Virus record (IMG/VR): IMGVR_UViG_3300044632_001319
DNA from: a virus
Strand: one strand, 5' to 3'
Length of the DNA: 64,000 nt
The position numbers and the translations under genes were made by a program. Under the pieces are notes generated by a model. That model worked only from the letters and a program-made list of their open reading frames with translations, did not search any database and was not told the DNA's origin. This document shows, one piece after another, positions 1 through 8,614 of the stretch (its first letter is position 1; the number at the start of each line of letters is the position of its first letter).

Positions 1-129
1 ATTTTAGGACTGCCAGGTCTTTTAGATCCAGGCGCGAATCCAGAAGATGAATTCGTTGCTGAACCACCTCAGTCAATACCTCCACTTTTAGTAAGACCAG
101 AAGAAAATTGGTCACCTCCTATGAGATAA
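1..129 (+). CDS. 3' end of a Pro-rich protein (partial), paralogue of 182..925
   Basis: Frame 1 reads ILGLPGLLDPGANPEDEFVAEPPQSIPPLLVRPEENWSPPMR*, matching the C-terminus IIAEPPPAPVEQTPEFLTRPGREWHPPMK of the convergent gene. Confidence 0.75.
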   Translation: MLGLPGLLDPGANPEDEFVAEPPQSIPPLLVRPEENWSPPMR

Positions 130-130
130 C

Positions 131-161
131 AACAAACCCCCTTACGGGGGTTTGTTTTTTT
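131..161. terminator. Intrinsic terminator between convergent genes, likely bidirectional
   Basis: AACAAACCCCC-TTAC-GGGGGTTTGTT hairpin followed by a T run. Confidence 0.85.
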
Positions 162-181
162 ATAAATGTGTATTTTTCAAC

Positions 182-925
182 TCATTTCATTGGCGGATGC
201 CATTCTCTTCCAGGCCTTGTTAAAAATTCTGGTGTTTGTTCTACAGGTGCTGGTGGTGGTTCAGCAATTATATCATCCGATTCATCATCTGCTGTTGCAT
301 CATATGCAAATGCACCGCCCAGAACAATTCCAATTGTTCCGAACAATTGTTTATATTTTTCCATGTCCGTGGGTGGAAATTGACCATCTAAGTCTCTTAT
401 GAAATTGTCATTGTTTTGAAAGAAACCATCTGGGAAAATATAACTACCATCTGGTTCAGGTCGAGGTATTTTTGTGCCGTCTAATATTCGCATTCCATTC
501 CCATCAATATATTGATAAATATAACCACCATCTCTAGTTTTTATAATTATTATATTTGAATTACCAGGCGTAACTAAAGTATCAATTATTTCGTGTTCTG
601 GCAAAACCCTATAAAATTTCGGAAATTGTTCGCGTAAACTATCATAAAGCGATCTTGACATATTCCTAGGGATCATAGTATTTAGGCTTCTTGCAGTATT
701 CCTCCAAATTCGAAGAAGGCGGCCGCCTTCCTCTGTATTCGCCATCCAATCACTTTGTGGTCTGCCTGGGAAATAACGATCCAAGCTTGGATACCTTCTA
801 CCATATGCTTGGCGTAAAAGTCTACCAATCAAACCGCCAGTGCCTTCATTCAATAACTGTGAATTTTCATTAATTATCTTACTTTTTAATACTCTTTTAT
901 ACGCTTCTTTTAAATTTCTGTTCAT
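182..925 (-). CDS. Hypothetical protein, candidate internal head protein
   Basis: ORF 182..940, probable start MNRNLKEAYKRVLKSKIINE; I/L-x-E motifs; hydrophobic helix and Pro-rich tail. Confidence 0.7.
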   Translation of the reverse strand: MNRNLKEAYKRVLKSKIINENSQLLNEGTGGLIGRLLRQAYGRRYPSLDRYFPGRPQSDWMANTEEGGRLLRIWRNTARSLNTMIPRNMSRSLYDSLREQFPKFYRVLPEHEIIDTLVTPGNSNIIIIKTRDGGYIYQYIDGNGMRILDGTKIPRPEPDGSYIFPDGFFQNNDNFIRDLDGQFPPTDMEKYKQLFGTIGIVLGGAFAYDATADDESDDIIAEPPPAPVEQTPEFLTRPGREWHPPMK

Positions 926-936
926 ATTATTTCCTT

Positions 937-1503
937 TCATTGTTGATTTAAAAATCTTGCGTGTGCTTCGGGATTATATCCACCCTGACTCCAATTATTT
1001 AGTTGTCGAGCAAGGTTGTCTCCATACTGACTGTTGTTATTGGTTCCACTTCTGAAGTTTCTTCCAAATGGAACACCAGTTAGATTTGAACTGTAATCAA
1101 AATCTTGTCTTCTGTTGTTTCCACTAAGATTCGAACTGTAATCAGAATCATCTCTTCTTCTAGTAGTCGATCTAAGATTGTTGTTCTGATCGTTGCTACG
1201 AATGAAACTGTCGTATGAATAGGGTGATCTTCTTACTCGTCCACCGTATGATGCGTTTCTTGTATCTCCAGCAACATTCATACCACGATACTGTTGCTGA
1301 TTGTATCTATCACCCATTGCTGGTGGTTTATACATTGGTCTTCTTGGTTGTAGTCTACCGTATGATTGTTGTTGTGGATTATACCCCATAGATGTGCTTT
1401 GTTGACCTCTTGGGTTATAATCTGCTGTCCCCGCTTTTGACAGCCAGAGACTGTCGGTTTCATTCAAAAGTATTCTTTTGATTGATTCGTTTAAACTTTC
1501 CAT
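937..1503 (-). CDS. Q/N/Y/R/G/S low-complexity protein, candidate internal head protein
   Basis: MESLNESIKRILLNE N-terminus; GGAGA SD; internal DYSSNL(S/T)G duplication. Confidence 0.75.
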   Translation of the reverse strand: MESLNESIKRILLNETDSLWLSKAGTADYNPRGQQSTSMGYNPQQQSYGRLQPRRPMYKPPAMGDRYNQQQYRGMNVAGDTRNASYGGRVRRSPYSYDSFIRSNDQNNNLRSTTRRRDDSDYSSNLSGNNRRQDFDYSSNLTGVPFGRNFRSGTNNNSQYGDNLARQLNNWSQGGYNPEAHARFLNQQ

Positions 1504-1556
1504 ATTATCTCCTATTATATTATATAGTTATATTTGTATATACGCCACAAGGTGGG

Positions 1557-1694
1557 TACTATCAACATCGGGGTACTATCAACAAATCGTTACTATCAAC
1601 CGTCCTGTGATATTATCAGACCATGCAACTTTCCATGGTCCGATAAATACTATCAACGCGACGCCCAGGGTCCGATAACGAAAGGACCGATAAC
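1557..1694. repeat. Repeat cluster 1 (TACTATCAAC x4; CCGATAA-type x4)
   Basis: TACTATCAAC at 1557, 1574, 1591, 1648; inverted repeat TTATCAGACCATG...CATGGTCCGATAA at 1613-1646; further CCGATAAC copies near 1672 and 1687. Confidence 0.9.
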
Positions 1695-1726
1695 AAAGTA
1701 TTTGTACAAATATCTTTCCCGAAGGC

Positions 1727-1755
1727 TTGCAATGTTTCAGATTTGTGATATCTTA
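1727..1755 (+). promoter_or_regulatory. sigma70-type promoter, leaderless
   Basis: TTGCAA...TATCTT with ATG at 1762 and no SD. Confidence 0.55.
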
Positions 1756-1761
1756 TACGCT

Positions 1762-2478
1762 ATGGCTACCTTCGCTCTTGCACAAGCTCCCGCGCGCACG
1801 ATTCCGATTCACTCTCCCGAAACTAGTTTCGTTCATTCCGAAGCCGAGGATATCGTCGGTGGTCTTTCGAAGCCGTCGAAGATGCCAGGCTGGAGTACGA
1901 GCATTTCCGCGAAGCGTTGCCATGTCGGTTCCGCTCTCCGCAAGGTGAAGGGTTCTACTTGCGAGAAGTGTTACGCTTGCAAGGGAATGTACAACTTCCC
2001 GAATGTGGTCGATGCAATGGAGCGCCGTTACAATGCGCTGTTCGATTCGCGCTGGGTGGCAGCAATGGCATTCGTGATCGGAAAGAAGTGCAAGAAGGTT
2101 GCGTACTTCCGTTGGCACGATTCGGGTGATTTGCAGTCGCTCTCGCATCTCATCAACATCGTGCAAGTGTGTACGATGACTCCGAATGTGCAGCACTGGT
2201 TGCCCACTCGCGAATACGCAATCGTTCGCAAGTACCGCGAAATGTTCGGTGAGTTTCCCGCGAATCTCACCGTGCGCGTTTCCGCTGCCATGCTCGACTC
2301 TGCTGCTCCGTCTGATTTCGAGATTACTTCGGAAGTCGCAACCGATGATTCGGCAATGAATCGCTCTCGAGCTCGTGGTGGTGTTGCGTGTGTTGCTCCT
2401 ACTCAGGACAACGAATGCCGCGATTGCCGTGCGTGTTGGGATCGCAATGTCGCAACCGTGACATACCACAAGCACTAA
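1762..2478 (+). CDS. Gp88-like phage protein (radical-SAM-like Cys motifs)
   Basis: LSKPSKMPG...C...CEKCYA, YFRWHDSGD, WLPTRE and C-terminal CxxCxxCW; start moved to MATF at 1762. Confidence 0.8.
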   Translation: MATFALAQAPARTIPIHSPETSFVHSEAEDIVGGLSKPSKMPGWSTSISAKRCHVGSALRKVKGSTCEKCYACKGMYNFPNVVDAMERRYNALFDSRWVAAMAFVIGKKCKKVAYFRWHDSGDLQSLSHLINIVQVCTMTPNVQHWLPTREYAIVRKYREMFGEFPANLTVRVSAAMLDSAAPSDFEITSEVATDDSAMNRSRARGGVACVAPTQDNECRDCRACWDRNVATVTYHKH

Positions 2479-2515
2479 TCACTTGACAGAAATACCCATT
2501 TGTGGTATAATACAC
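2479..2515 (+). promoter_or_regulatory. Early sigma70 promoter cassette, copy 1
   Basis: TTGACA-17-TATAAT with TG extension; 37 bp identical to 3417..3453. Confidence 0.9.
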
Positions 2516-2518
2516 ACC

Positions 2519-2806
2519 ATGACGAATCCACACATACTGAAACTGATGAACTTTCTCCGTGACTTCGCAGATGCGAACGCGGATTCGTTCGCTCCCGAGC
2601 AGATTGATTACTTGAATCAGGCAGCGGTTGCGATTGTCGTTCTCGACGAGGCGGTTGATAAACTTGTCAAGGAGCGCGACGATGCCTACGCGCAGATTGA
2701 CCGCTACAAGAATGGATACGAAGGCGGTTGCCATGTGTGTGAGGTTGTCGCGCTTCGCAATCAGGAACTTCTCAAGGAGCGCGACAATGCCCAAACGAAT
2801 CCTTGA
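2519..2806 (+). CDS. Hypothetical coiled-coil protein (leaderless)
   Basis: ATG 7 nt after the -10 box; KERDxA repeats; CxxC. Confidence 0.75.
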   Translation: MTNPHILKLMNFLRDFADANADSFAPEQIDYLNQAAVAIVVLDEAVDKLVKERDDAYAQIDRYKNGYEGGCHVCEVVALRNQELLKERDNAQTNP

Positions 2807-2987
2807 TCGTTTCGATTTGGAAGCAGAACGCGAAGGTGCAGCAGTAGTGAAGCACAATCGCACGATCTGCAAACCATTCGGAATCGGAAAGAAGATCACG
2901 AAGGAACGAAATGCTCGCGCAGACGGCGAAGCATTCATTGAACGACGAACCATCAAGCAATCATTCGCACAGACGAGGTACGCATGA
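2787..2987 (+). CDS. Small basic hypothetical protein
   Basis: MPKRILDRF start with AAGGAG SD; overlaps both neighbours. Confidence 0.6.
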   Translation: MPKRILDRFDLEAEREGAAVVKHNRTICKPFGIGKKITKERNARADGEAFIERRTIKQSFAQTRYA

Positions 2988-3400
2988 CCAACAACAACAT
3001 CAATCATCTTGACTACGAACTCCGCGCTGCTACCAAGCGCACCGATCTTCCCGATGACATCATCCGGCTGCTTGCGCGCGCTTACGGTGAGATCATTGCG
3101 AACGAAAGCACGATCTACCGCCTTGAGTCGCAGTACGGCGTTCAGTACGATAGGGCTGAGAAGATGATGAAGGAACGCGACGAAGCAAACGCAAACGCGA
3201 AACTGTACCGTGATGATCGGGACGAAGCACGGAAAGAGGTTTGCTTTCTCTCCGTGTTCGATCCCGAAGTTCCAAACGCGGACTACGAATACCACCAGCG
3301 CGAAGCTGCGATCAAGCGCGGATGGGAGTATCTCTTCTCATCGGAAGAGATGATGGACGCGGATGCGAACAACGAATACTTCAAGAAGAATCACCGCTAA
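2984..3400 (+). CDS. Hypothetical coiled-coil protein
   Basis: ATGA-coupled ORF with GAGG SD; ERDEA/DRDEAR repeats. Confidence 0.75.
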   Translation: MTNNNINHLDYELRAATKRTDLPDDIIRLLARAYGEIIANESTIYRLESQYGVQYDRAEKMMKERDEANANAKLYRDDRDEARKEVCFLSVFDPEVPNADYEYHQREAAIKRGWEYLFSSEEMMDADANNEYFKKNHR

Positions 3401-3416
3401 CGCGGTGGTTCTTTAT

Positions 3417-3453
3417 TCACTTGACAGAAATACCCATTTGTGGTATAATACAC
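3417..3453 (+). promoter_or_regulatory. Early sigma70 promoter cassette, copy 2
   Basis: Identical to 2479..2515. Confidence 0.9.
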
Positions 3454-3477
3454 GCACCCAAAGGAGGATTGCGTCCG

Positions 3478-3690
3478 ATGTGTAAGTGTTTCGACTGTGG
3501 CAATGAGATTCCCGCTGCGCGCCTCGAGTTTATTCCCGATACGGAATACTGCGTCGATTGCGCGGACAAGCACACTTTCAAGTCTGTTGCGCGAATCATC
3601 TACTCTCACAAGGCTGACTGTGAACTGTTCATTGCGCGTAGTCCCGAGGATGCGCGCCGTCTCAACCGCGAATACGCAAGGGCAAGGTAA
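3478..3690 (+). CDS. DksA/TraR-family C4 zinc-finger protein
   Basis: CFDCGNEIPAARLEFIPDTEYCVDC motif; AAGGAGG SD. Confidence 0.8.
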   Translation: MCKCFDCGNEIPAARLEFIPDTEYCVDCADKHTFKSVARIIYSHKADCELFIARSPEDARRLNREYARAR

Positions 3691-3693
3691 ACC

Positions 3694-3960
3694 ATGACAA
3701 AGAATCTCACACTTCATTCTCGCTACGGCGACAAGCGTACCGTGACTGCAAATGGTCACGGCATCTACACGATTGAGGGCAAGACGCACTACTACCGCGT
3801 TGGAATGGACGACGACAACACCAAGATCGGGTATTTCGATCCCGAAGGTGGACCGTTCATCAGCGTGGGTAGCGATTACGGATTCGGTACGATCACCGAA
3901 ATCTTCGTTGAGAAGTCAGAGGAAGGCAACTTCAAGATTCGCGTGGAGGTTGAGCAGTAA
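3694..3960 (+). CDS. Hypothetical protein
   Basis: ORF in tightly packed operon with matching codon usage. Confidence 0.7.
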   Translation: MTKNLTLHSRYGDKRTVTANGHGIYTIEGKTHYYRVGMDDDNTKIGYFDPEGGPFISVGSDYGFGTITEIFVEKSEEGNFKIRVEVEQ

Positions 3961-4202
3961 TGACACACAAGGAACACATGATTCGCTTTATTCAGGCTTT
4001 CCCCGAGAATGAGGATCTCTGCATTCTCGTCTTTAGTCGCGGTGATGCGGAGGGATTCCTTCCCGCGCTCCGAGAAGAGTCTGTTACCGATGCGGAGTGG
4101 GAACGCATTTGCGCGGACTTCAACAAGAACAAGCCCAGCGATGGCGACTGGGCAGACTTCGGGGATATCGTTTCCCGCAATCTCAAGGAGAGTGACGAAT
4201 GA
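3960..4202 (+). CDS. Hypothetical protein
   Basis: TAATG-coupled ORF. Confidence 0.7.
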   Translation: MTHKEHMIRFIQAFPENEDLCILVFSRGDAEGFLPALREESVTDAEWERICADFNKNKPSDGDWADFGDIVSRNLKESDE

Positions 4203-4393
4203 GCAGCAAGACACACACAATCATCGTGCTTTCGGACGGAGAAACTTGGAATACCATTTCGGGTTGCAGCATCATGGTCATCAGCGACGATCAGTTTCGT
4301 GATCTCTGCGACGACCGCATCTCTGCGAACGACCTGATTCCGATTACCGAAATCGGACTCCATGAGTTCGATGTGAAGGAGACTGACGAGTGA
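4199..4393 (+). CDS. Hypothetical protein
   Basis: ATGA-coupled, AAGGAG SD. Confidence 0.7.
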   Translation: MSSKTHTIIVLSDGETWNTISGCSIMVISDDQFRDLCDDRISANDLIPITEIGLHEFDVKETDE

Positions 4394-4848
4394 ACCAGGA
4401 TCTTGAAACCAAGCTCAGGAAGCGTTGGCCGAATCTGCTCAAGGATCAGACTTCGATTGAGTGCGGAGATGGTTGGTACGATCTCATCGACCTTGCGTGT
4501 CGTGCGATCAACTCCGAAATCACTTCCCGCGAGAACTACGAGCAGGTGAAGTACAACATCGTCGTCGCGCAGATCAAGGAGAAGTTCGGCGGACTGCGTT
4601 TCTACTACGATTCGTTCGCGGAGAGTGCTACCGTGGACAATCCCTACGATCTTCCCTCGACTGCGCGTGGACTTGGCATCGTTGACGGTGTGATTCGCAT
4701 GGCGGAACTCTACTCGTACCATGTGTGCGAGAACTGCGGCAACCGTGGCGACTGCGATGCATCTTCTAGACACCATCGCACCGAATGCATGGCGTGCAAT
4801 ACGATTCGTCGTGATGCGGAAGATGACCAGTACGGGCAAACGGCTTGA
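4390..4848 (+). CDS. Conserved phage hypothetical protein with Zn ribbon
   Basis: CGDGWYDLI...QIKEKFGGLRFY...CENCG...CMAC pattern, common in phages. Confidence 0.8.
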   Translation: MNQDLETKLRKRWPNLLKDQTSIECGDGWYDLIDLACRAINSEITSRENYEQVKYNIVVAQIKEKFGGLRFYYDSFAESATVDNPYDLPSTARGLGIVDGVIRMAELYSYHVCENCGNRGDCDASSRHHRTECMACNTIRRDAEDDQYGQTA

Positions 4849-4877
4849 CAAGAAATACCATTTGTGGTACAATACAC
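4845..4877 (+). promoter_or_regulatory. Early sigma70 promoter cassette, copy 3 (variant)
   Basis: TTGACAAGAAATACCATTTGTGGTACAATACAC, near-identical to copies 1 and 2. Confidence 0.85.
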
Positions 4878-4900
4878 AACTCACACAAGGAGATCGCGTA

Positions 4901-5233
4901 ATGAGCAAGCGTAAGAACAAGAAGAACAAGACTGAAACTGTGACGTATACTGCGCCTGATCGTGCTACACTGGAGTCTGCGTTGGATTCGATGTCCGAGG
5001 AGTGCGAGAGTTATCGCATTCATGTCGAGAATCTGCGCGAGGACATTCGCGCTGCATACGAGGAGATGGATACGCTCAAGGAGCGCAAGCGTGAGCTCGA
5101 GCGTGCGGTTATCTCGCAGTCCATTGAGCTTGCTCAGCTGCGTGGAATGCTGCAATGGGAGGATGACAAGAAGCGCGTGAATGCTGCGCGCAAGGCGGAG
5201 TGGATTCGTGCGGAGGATCACAATGACTTCTGA
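4901..5233 (+). CDS. Coiled-coil hypothetical protein
   Basis: AAGGAG SD, start MSKRKNKK. Confidence 0.7.
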   Translation: MSKRKNKKNKTETVTYTAPDRATLESALDSMSEECESYRIHVENLREDIRAAYEEMDTLKERKRELERAVISQSIELAQLRGMLQWEDDKKRVNAARKAEWIRAEDHNDF

Positions 5234-5432
5234 ATCCATCCCGAAGGCAAATCGTGATGCGATCAAGCAGTCGATTCTCGAAATGCTTGACGAACTCACG
5301 GATTGTGAATCAGTCGAGCTCGAGGACTTCATCGTGAACCATTGCGACAATGCGAGTTTCATTGACGACAATGGCGACTACCCGAATCTGTTTCGGATCT
5401 TCGTGACTGGTCGCCAGTCAGACTGTGAATGA
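5223..5432 (+). CDS. Acidic hypothetical protein
   Basis: GGAGG SD before ATG at 5223. Confidence 0.65.
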   Translation: MTSESIPKANRDAIKQSILEMLDELTDCESVELEDFIVNHCDNASFIDDNGDYPNLFRIFVTGRQSDCE

Positions 5433-5788
5433 TCGACCACTACCCCGAAGATGAGAAACGAATATCATTCGATGAACTCTCCGCTCGAGCGCGTGAAATC
5501 GACAAGCAAGTCAAGAAACAGCGAAAGCAAGACGAACGCGCTGTACTAGAACTCGAACGCATCCGCGAACAAGATCGCAAGCAATGGGAATACACAAACG
5601 GTGGACGAAACCCCGTTGGTGATGACCCAATCGCACTTGACGGTGATGAGCACAAGATGTACGAGAATCTTGGAATCAAAGACATGGAAACTGAGAACAA
5701 CGAATCCTCCAACAGCATCATTCCATTGATGCTCTCCGTGATCGCCATTGCGTGTTTCGTGTACCTTGTCAGCAAGTACGGATCCTGA
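5429..5788 (+). CDS. Hypothetical protein with C-terminal transmembrane anchor
   Basis: IIPLMLSVIAIACFVYLV tail. Confidence 0.7.
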   Translation: MIDHYPEDEKRISFDELSARAREIDKQVKKQRKQDERAVLELERIREQDRKQWEYTNGGRNPVGDDPIALDGDEHKMYENLGIKDMETENNESSNSIIPLMLSVIAIACFVYLVSKYGS

Positions 5789-5790
5789 AC

Positions 5791-6639
5791 ATGAGCAAGA
5801 GCAAGAAGTACCCTCGTTTCTCCCCCACTCGCACCGACAATCATCCGATTCTTGGAAAGGTCAAGGTTTACGATATCGGGAAGTATCCCACTCCCGATGA
5901 TGATGGATGCCAAACTTCGTTCTTTCACAACAATGCGGAAGTGGACAATGCGCGCCAGTTCGGGTTCAAGATGTTCAATACCAGCGTCGAAGCATTCGCT
6001 GCGTATCAGCGTCAGACACTCGCAGCAAAGGCAGGAATCGCACCGCCTACGGGTAAGATGATTCGTTGGATCGTCAAGTCCACCAATGGTCGCACAGTCA
6101 ATCGTTGGGGATACGAAACTGGGATTGCAGACTGCTCTCCGATTGCTCGAATCAAGGCAACGATTCTGTCGTGTCCTCAAGTCACGCGCTGGTATGTGGA
6201 TTATGTCCACAGCAACAATCTCAAGATGTTCTCCGCGAACAGCATGGAGATGTTTCTCGACCACGCGGAGGGCGAAGAGTACGAGAATGTGAACGGCAAG
6301 TATTTCGATTCGTTCTCTTGTGCAAGCAATACCACCGTGGATGGTTCGCTTCGCGTTCGACTCATGCAAATCGACCTCACGGGTACGCAGTACGACAATC
6401 TCGCTTCGGTGATTGATGACGGTTGCGTGTGGGCAGACAACATCAAACTTCGCCTGGGGCAGAAGGTGACTGCCAACGATGACATGATGATGGCGAATGA
6501 TCTGCACCGTGGCAATATTGCTCTGTGGAAGGGCAATCTCGTTGTGATCGACTTCGGATACCATATCGCGGTTCCCGAATACCGCGACTACGACAGACTG
6601 GAAATCATCACCAACCATTGGGGAAAGGTGGCAGTGTAA
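5791..6639 (+). CDS. Protein kinase-like (APH/RIO-type fold) protein
   Basis: FGFKMF (candidate catalytic Lys), DLHRGN catalytic loop, IDFG metal-binding motif. Confidence 0.7.
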   Translation: MSKSKKYPRFSPTRTDNHPILGKVKVYDIGKYPTPDDDGCQTSFFHNNAEVDNARQFGFKMFNTSVEAFAAYQRQTLAAKAGIAPPTGKMIRWIVKSTNGRTVNRWGYETGIADCSPIARIKATILSCPQVTRWYVDYVHSNNLKMFSANSMEMFLDHAEGEEYENVNGKYFDSFSCASNTTVDGSLRVRLMQIDLTGTQYDNLASVIDDGCVWADNIKLRLGQKVTANDDMMMANDLHRGNIALWKGNLVVIDFGYHIAVPEYRDYDRLEIITNHWGKVAV

Positions 6640-6917
6640 TGGACGGAAGCAGGACTCTCATCGTTCGCATTGATCTTCCCGACGATCAGCGAGACAACTT
6701 CCTCGAGCTGATGGAAGAGGGATTCAATCGTGGAAGCATCGACGGGTACTACATTCTCACGGACAATACCATTCCCGTCACACACAACGAACCGCATCTC
6801 CAGTACGAAACTCGTCTTGGTCGCGCAATCTCCGCGATTCAGCGTGATGAAGTCCTCATCGCAGGACTCGCAGACGCAGACCCCGAAACGGGTATCGAAT
6901 ACGGGGATCTCACTTGA
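6639..6917 (+). CDS. Hypothetical protein
   Basis: TAATG-coupled start MDGSRTL. Confidence 0.65.
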   Translation: MDGSRTLIVRIDLPDDQRDNFLELMEEGFNRGSIDGYYILTDNTIPVTHNEPHLQYETRLGRAISAIQRDEVLIAGLADADPETGIEYGDLT

Positions 6918-7107
6918 ACGCGCATACCGTAATCGACATCATCGGTGGTCTGTTCGTGGGATTGGTTGTGTTTCTGATGATCTACACCTTCGATAATGAA
7001 ATGGGAAAGAAGAAATGATTCTCTTTCTCGTCGCATCAGCATCGTTCATCGGATGCACAATCGCAATCCTTGTGATGGTATCACAAGAGAACAAAGACAG
7101 GGAATGA
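6914..7107 (+). CDS. Two coupled tiny single-TM proteins (6914..7018 and 7015..7107)
   Basis: Hand translation: (L)NAHTVIDIIGGLFVGLVVFLMIYTF... and MILFLVASASFIGCTIAILVMV...; fill the operon gap with TTGA/ATGA overlaps. Confidence 0.5.
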
Positions 7108-7114
7108 ATACCAC

Positions 7115-7477
7115 ATGAAAGAGCACTTTCTTTCCGCTAGCATCACGGCACACAGTCATTTCAATACCGCACCCGATTCGTTTCAGGGATTCGTGTTTCG
7201 CGCAGACGGAGATTGTGTCAGGATTCGTGAGGTGTTTTGGGACGGCAAGAACAAGAGGATGATGAGTTCGTGTCAGCGTGTGGTGTATTGTCCGCCAAGT
7301 GGTGTTGTCGATACCAACTTACGATCCGAATGGTACTTCACCGCAGATGGCGTAATGGGGTACTCGTTGGAATACGGACGCAGAATCTACCTTTCTCTCA
7401 AGAATCACTACAAATACCGTCCCGATGACATTCAGAAGGTCTACGATAAGGAAGCGATTCTTGAATACGCTAGCTGA
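7115..7477 (+). CDS. Hypothetical protein
   Basis: 120-aa ORF in operon. Confidence 0.7.
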   Translation: MKEHFLSASITAHSHFNTAPDSFQGFVFRADGDCVRIREVFWDGKNKRMMSSCQRVVYCPPSGVVDTNLRSEWYFTADGVMGYSLEYGRRIYLSLKNHYKYRPDDIQKVYDKEAILEYAS

Positions 7478-7808
7478 CGAAATACAAGCACTTTCCGACG
7501 ATACTGTGGCATACACCGTGCCACCGTATACGCCATTCGCAAATGGATTTCCTGCTGTTCTTGAGAACAGTCCAAATCGGTTTGCTCTTACGAATGGTGA
7601 CGGATGGGAAGTCTCTTTCTTCTACTACCCATTCGCAGCAGAGGCATTCATCGTCGGATTCCGTGACGGCAAACATCGTAGGCACACTAGTGATGCCATT
7701 CGCAATACCAACATGATCGTGGAATACGATCAATGGATTCCCGTCGAACTCGCGCGTGACTACTGGCGTTTCCTTGTCAAAGACTGCGGATGCAAGAGGA
7801 TCAAATGA
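7461..7808 (+). CDS. Hypothetical protein
   Basis: ORF 7425..7808; probable TTG start at 7461 behind AAGGAAG. Confidence 0.6.
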   Translation: MNTLADEIQALSDDTVAYTVPPYTPFANGFPAVLENSPNRFALTNGDGWEVSFFYYPFAAEAFIVGFRDGKHRRHTSDAIRNTNMIVEYDQWIPVELARDYWRFLVKDCGCKRIK

Positions 7809-8095
7809 CCAACGCATTTCTTCCATCTTCTACTCACTACTACAATGAGACAGAGTACAAGATCACTCTGTCATATGCGAACGATCACAAGTACGACTTC
7901 ATTCTCTTTCACCCACAGAAGGATAAGAAGGTTCATGCGCTGATCGAAACGACCAAAGATGCGCGCATTCTCTCCATCGAATACGACCTGATTCAAGATC
8001 GGTTTCTTCCATGTGAGAACGATACGGTTCATGTATTTCCGAATCGGACAATCGCAATGCGGTATTTAGAGAAGTTTCGAAAAGCTTTCAAATAA
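7805..8095 (+). CDS. Hypothetical protein, last gene of the operon
   Basis: GAGG SD, ATGA overlap. Confidence 0.65.
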   Translation: MTNAFLPSSTHYYNETEYKITLSYANDHKYDFILFHPQKDKKVHALIETTKDARILSIEYDLIQDRFLPCENDTVHVFPNRTIAMRYLEKFRKAFK

Positions 8096-8176
8096 CAAAT
8101 AAAGAGGAAAGAAGAGAGAAGAGAAGAGTACATCAAAGACTGTATGTATGTGAGTGGAAATACAGTCTCAATAGCA

Positions 8177-8222
8177 TGGGAATAGGTGAGGAATGGGTGA
8201 GGAATGGGTGAGGAATGGGTGA
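8177..8222 (+). repeat. 11-bp tandem repeat (GGGTGAGGAAT), about 3.5 copies
   Basis: ...GGGAATAGGTGAGGAATGGGTGAGGAATGGGTGAGGAATGGGTGA. Confidence 0.85.
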
Positions 8223-8375
8223 CTAGGAAGGTGCGGAATAAGGTATCAGGGAATGTGAGGCTAAGCCCATTCCCCACCAACCACAATGATTCACAATCGC
8301 TCACAATAAACCACAACCCGCACAACAAACCGTAAATAACAATAAATCATTCAGAGATTGACAATTACACAGGGA

Positions 8376-8549
8376 TACTATCAACAATCAATACTATCAA
8401 CGGGGTATGGTCAGCCTAGTAGAGTTAGACAGCCTTTGTGGTCTAGCGCAATAATAGTCCGATAACATGGTCCGATAATAACTATCAACAGACCGGCTAT
8501 GCTGGATATTATCAGACCATGTGAGAGTGATAACCATGGGTCGATAACG
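8376..8549. repeat. Repeat cluster 2 (TACTATCAAC / GTCYGATAA)
   Basis: TACTATCAAC at 8376 and 8392, AACTATCAAC at 8480; GTCCGATAA twice at ~8457-8478; GATATTATCAGACCATG identical to the copy at 1609; GGTCGATAAC at ~8539. Confidence 0.9.
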
Positions 8550-8579
8550 TGATATTCGCGGGAATATCGTTCAAGGGGC

Positions 8580-8608
8580 TTGCAATGCGGATCGACCTAT
8601 GATATACT
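8580..8608 (+). promoter_or_regulatory. sigma70 promoter, leaderless
   Basis: TTGCAA-17-TATACT, ATG 6 nt downstream. Confidence 0.8.
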
Positions 8609-8614
8609 ATATGC

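Noticed and set aside
1557-1700. CRISPR array
   Set aside because: Repeats are only 10-13 bp with 6-7 bp gaps; no spacer-sized unique sequences and no cas genes
1753-6618. Long minus-strand ORFs (1753..2475, 2399..3295, 4291..4929, 5440..6618) and plus-strand ORFs at 9616..10982
   Set aside because: Antisense shadows of GC-biased real genes; no promoters, SDs or recognisable motifs
8029-8328. 99-aa minus-strand ORF
   Set aside because: Translation of the low-complexity repeat tract with no initiation signals
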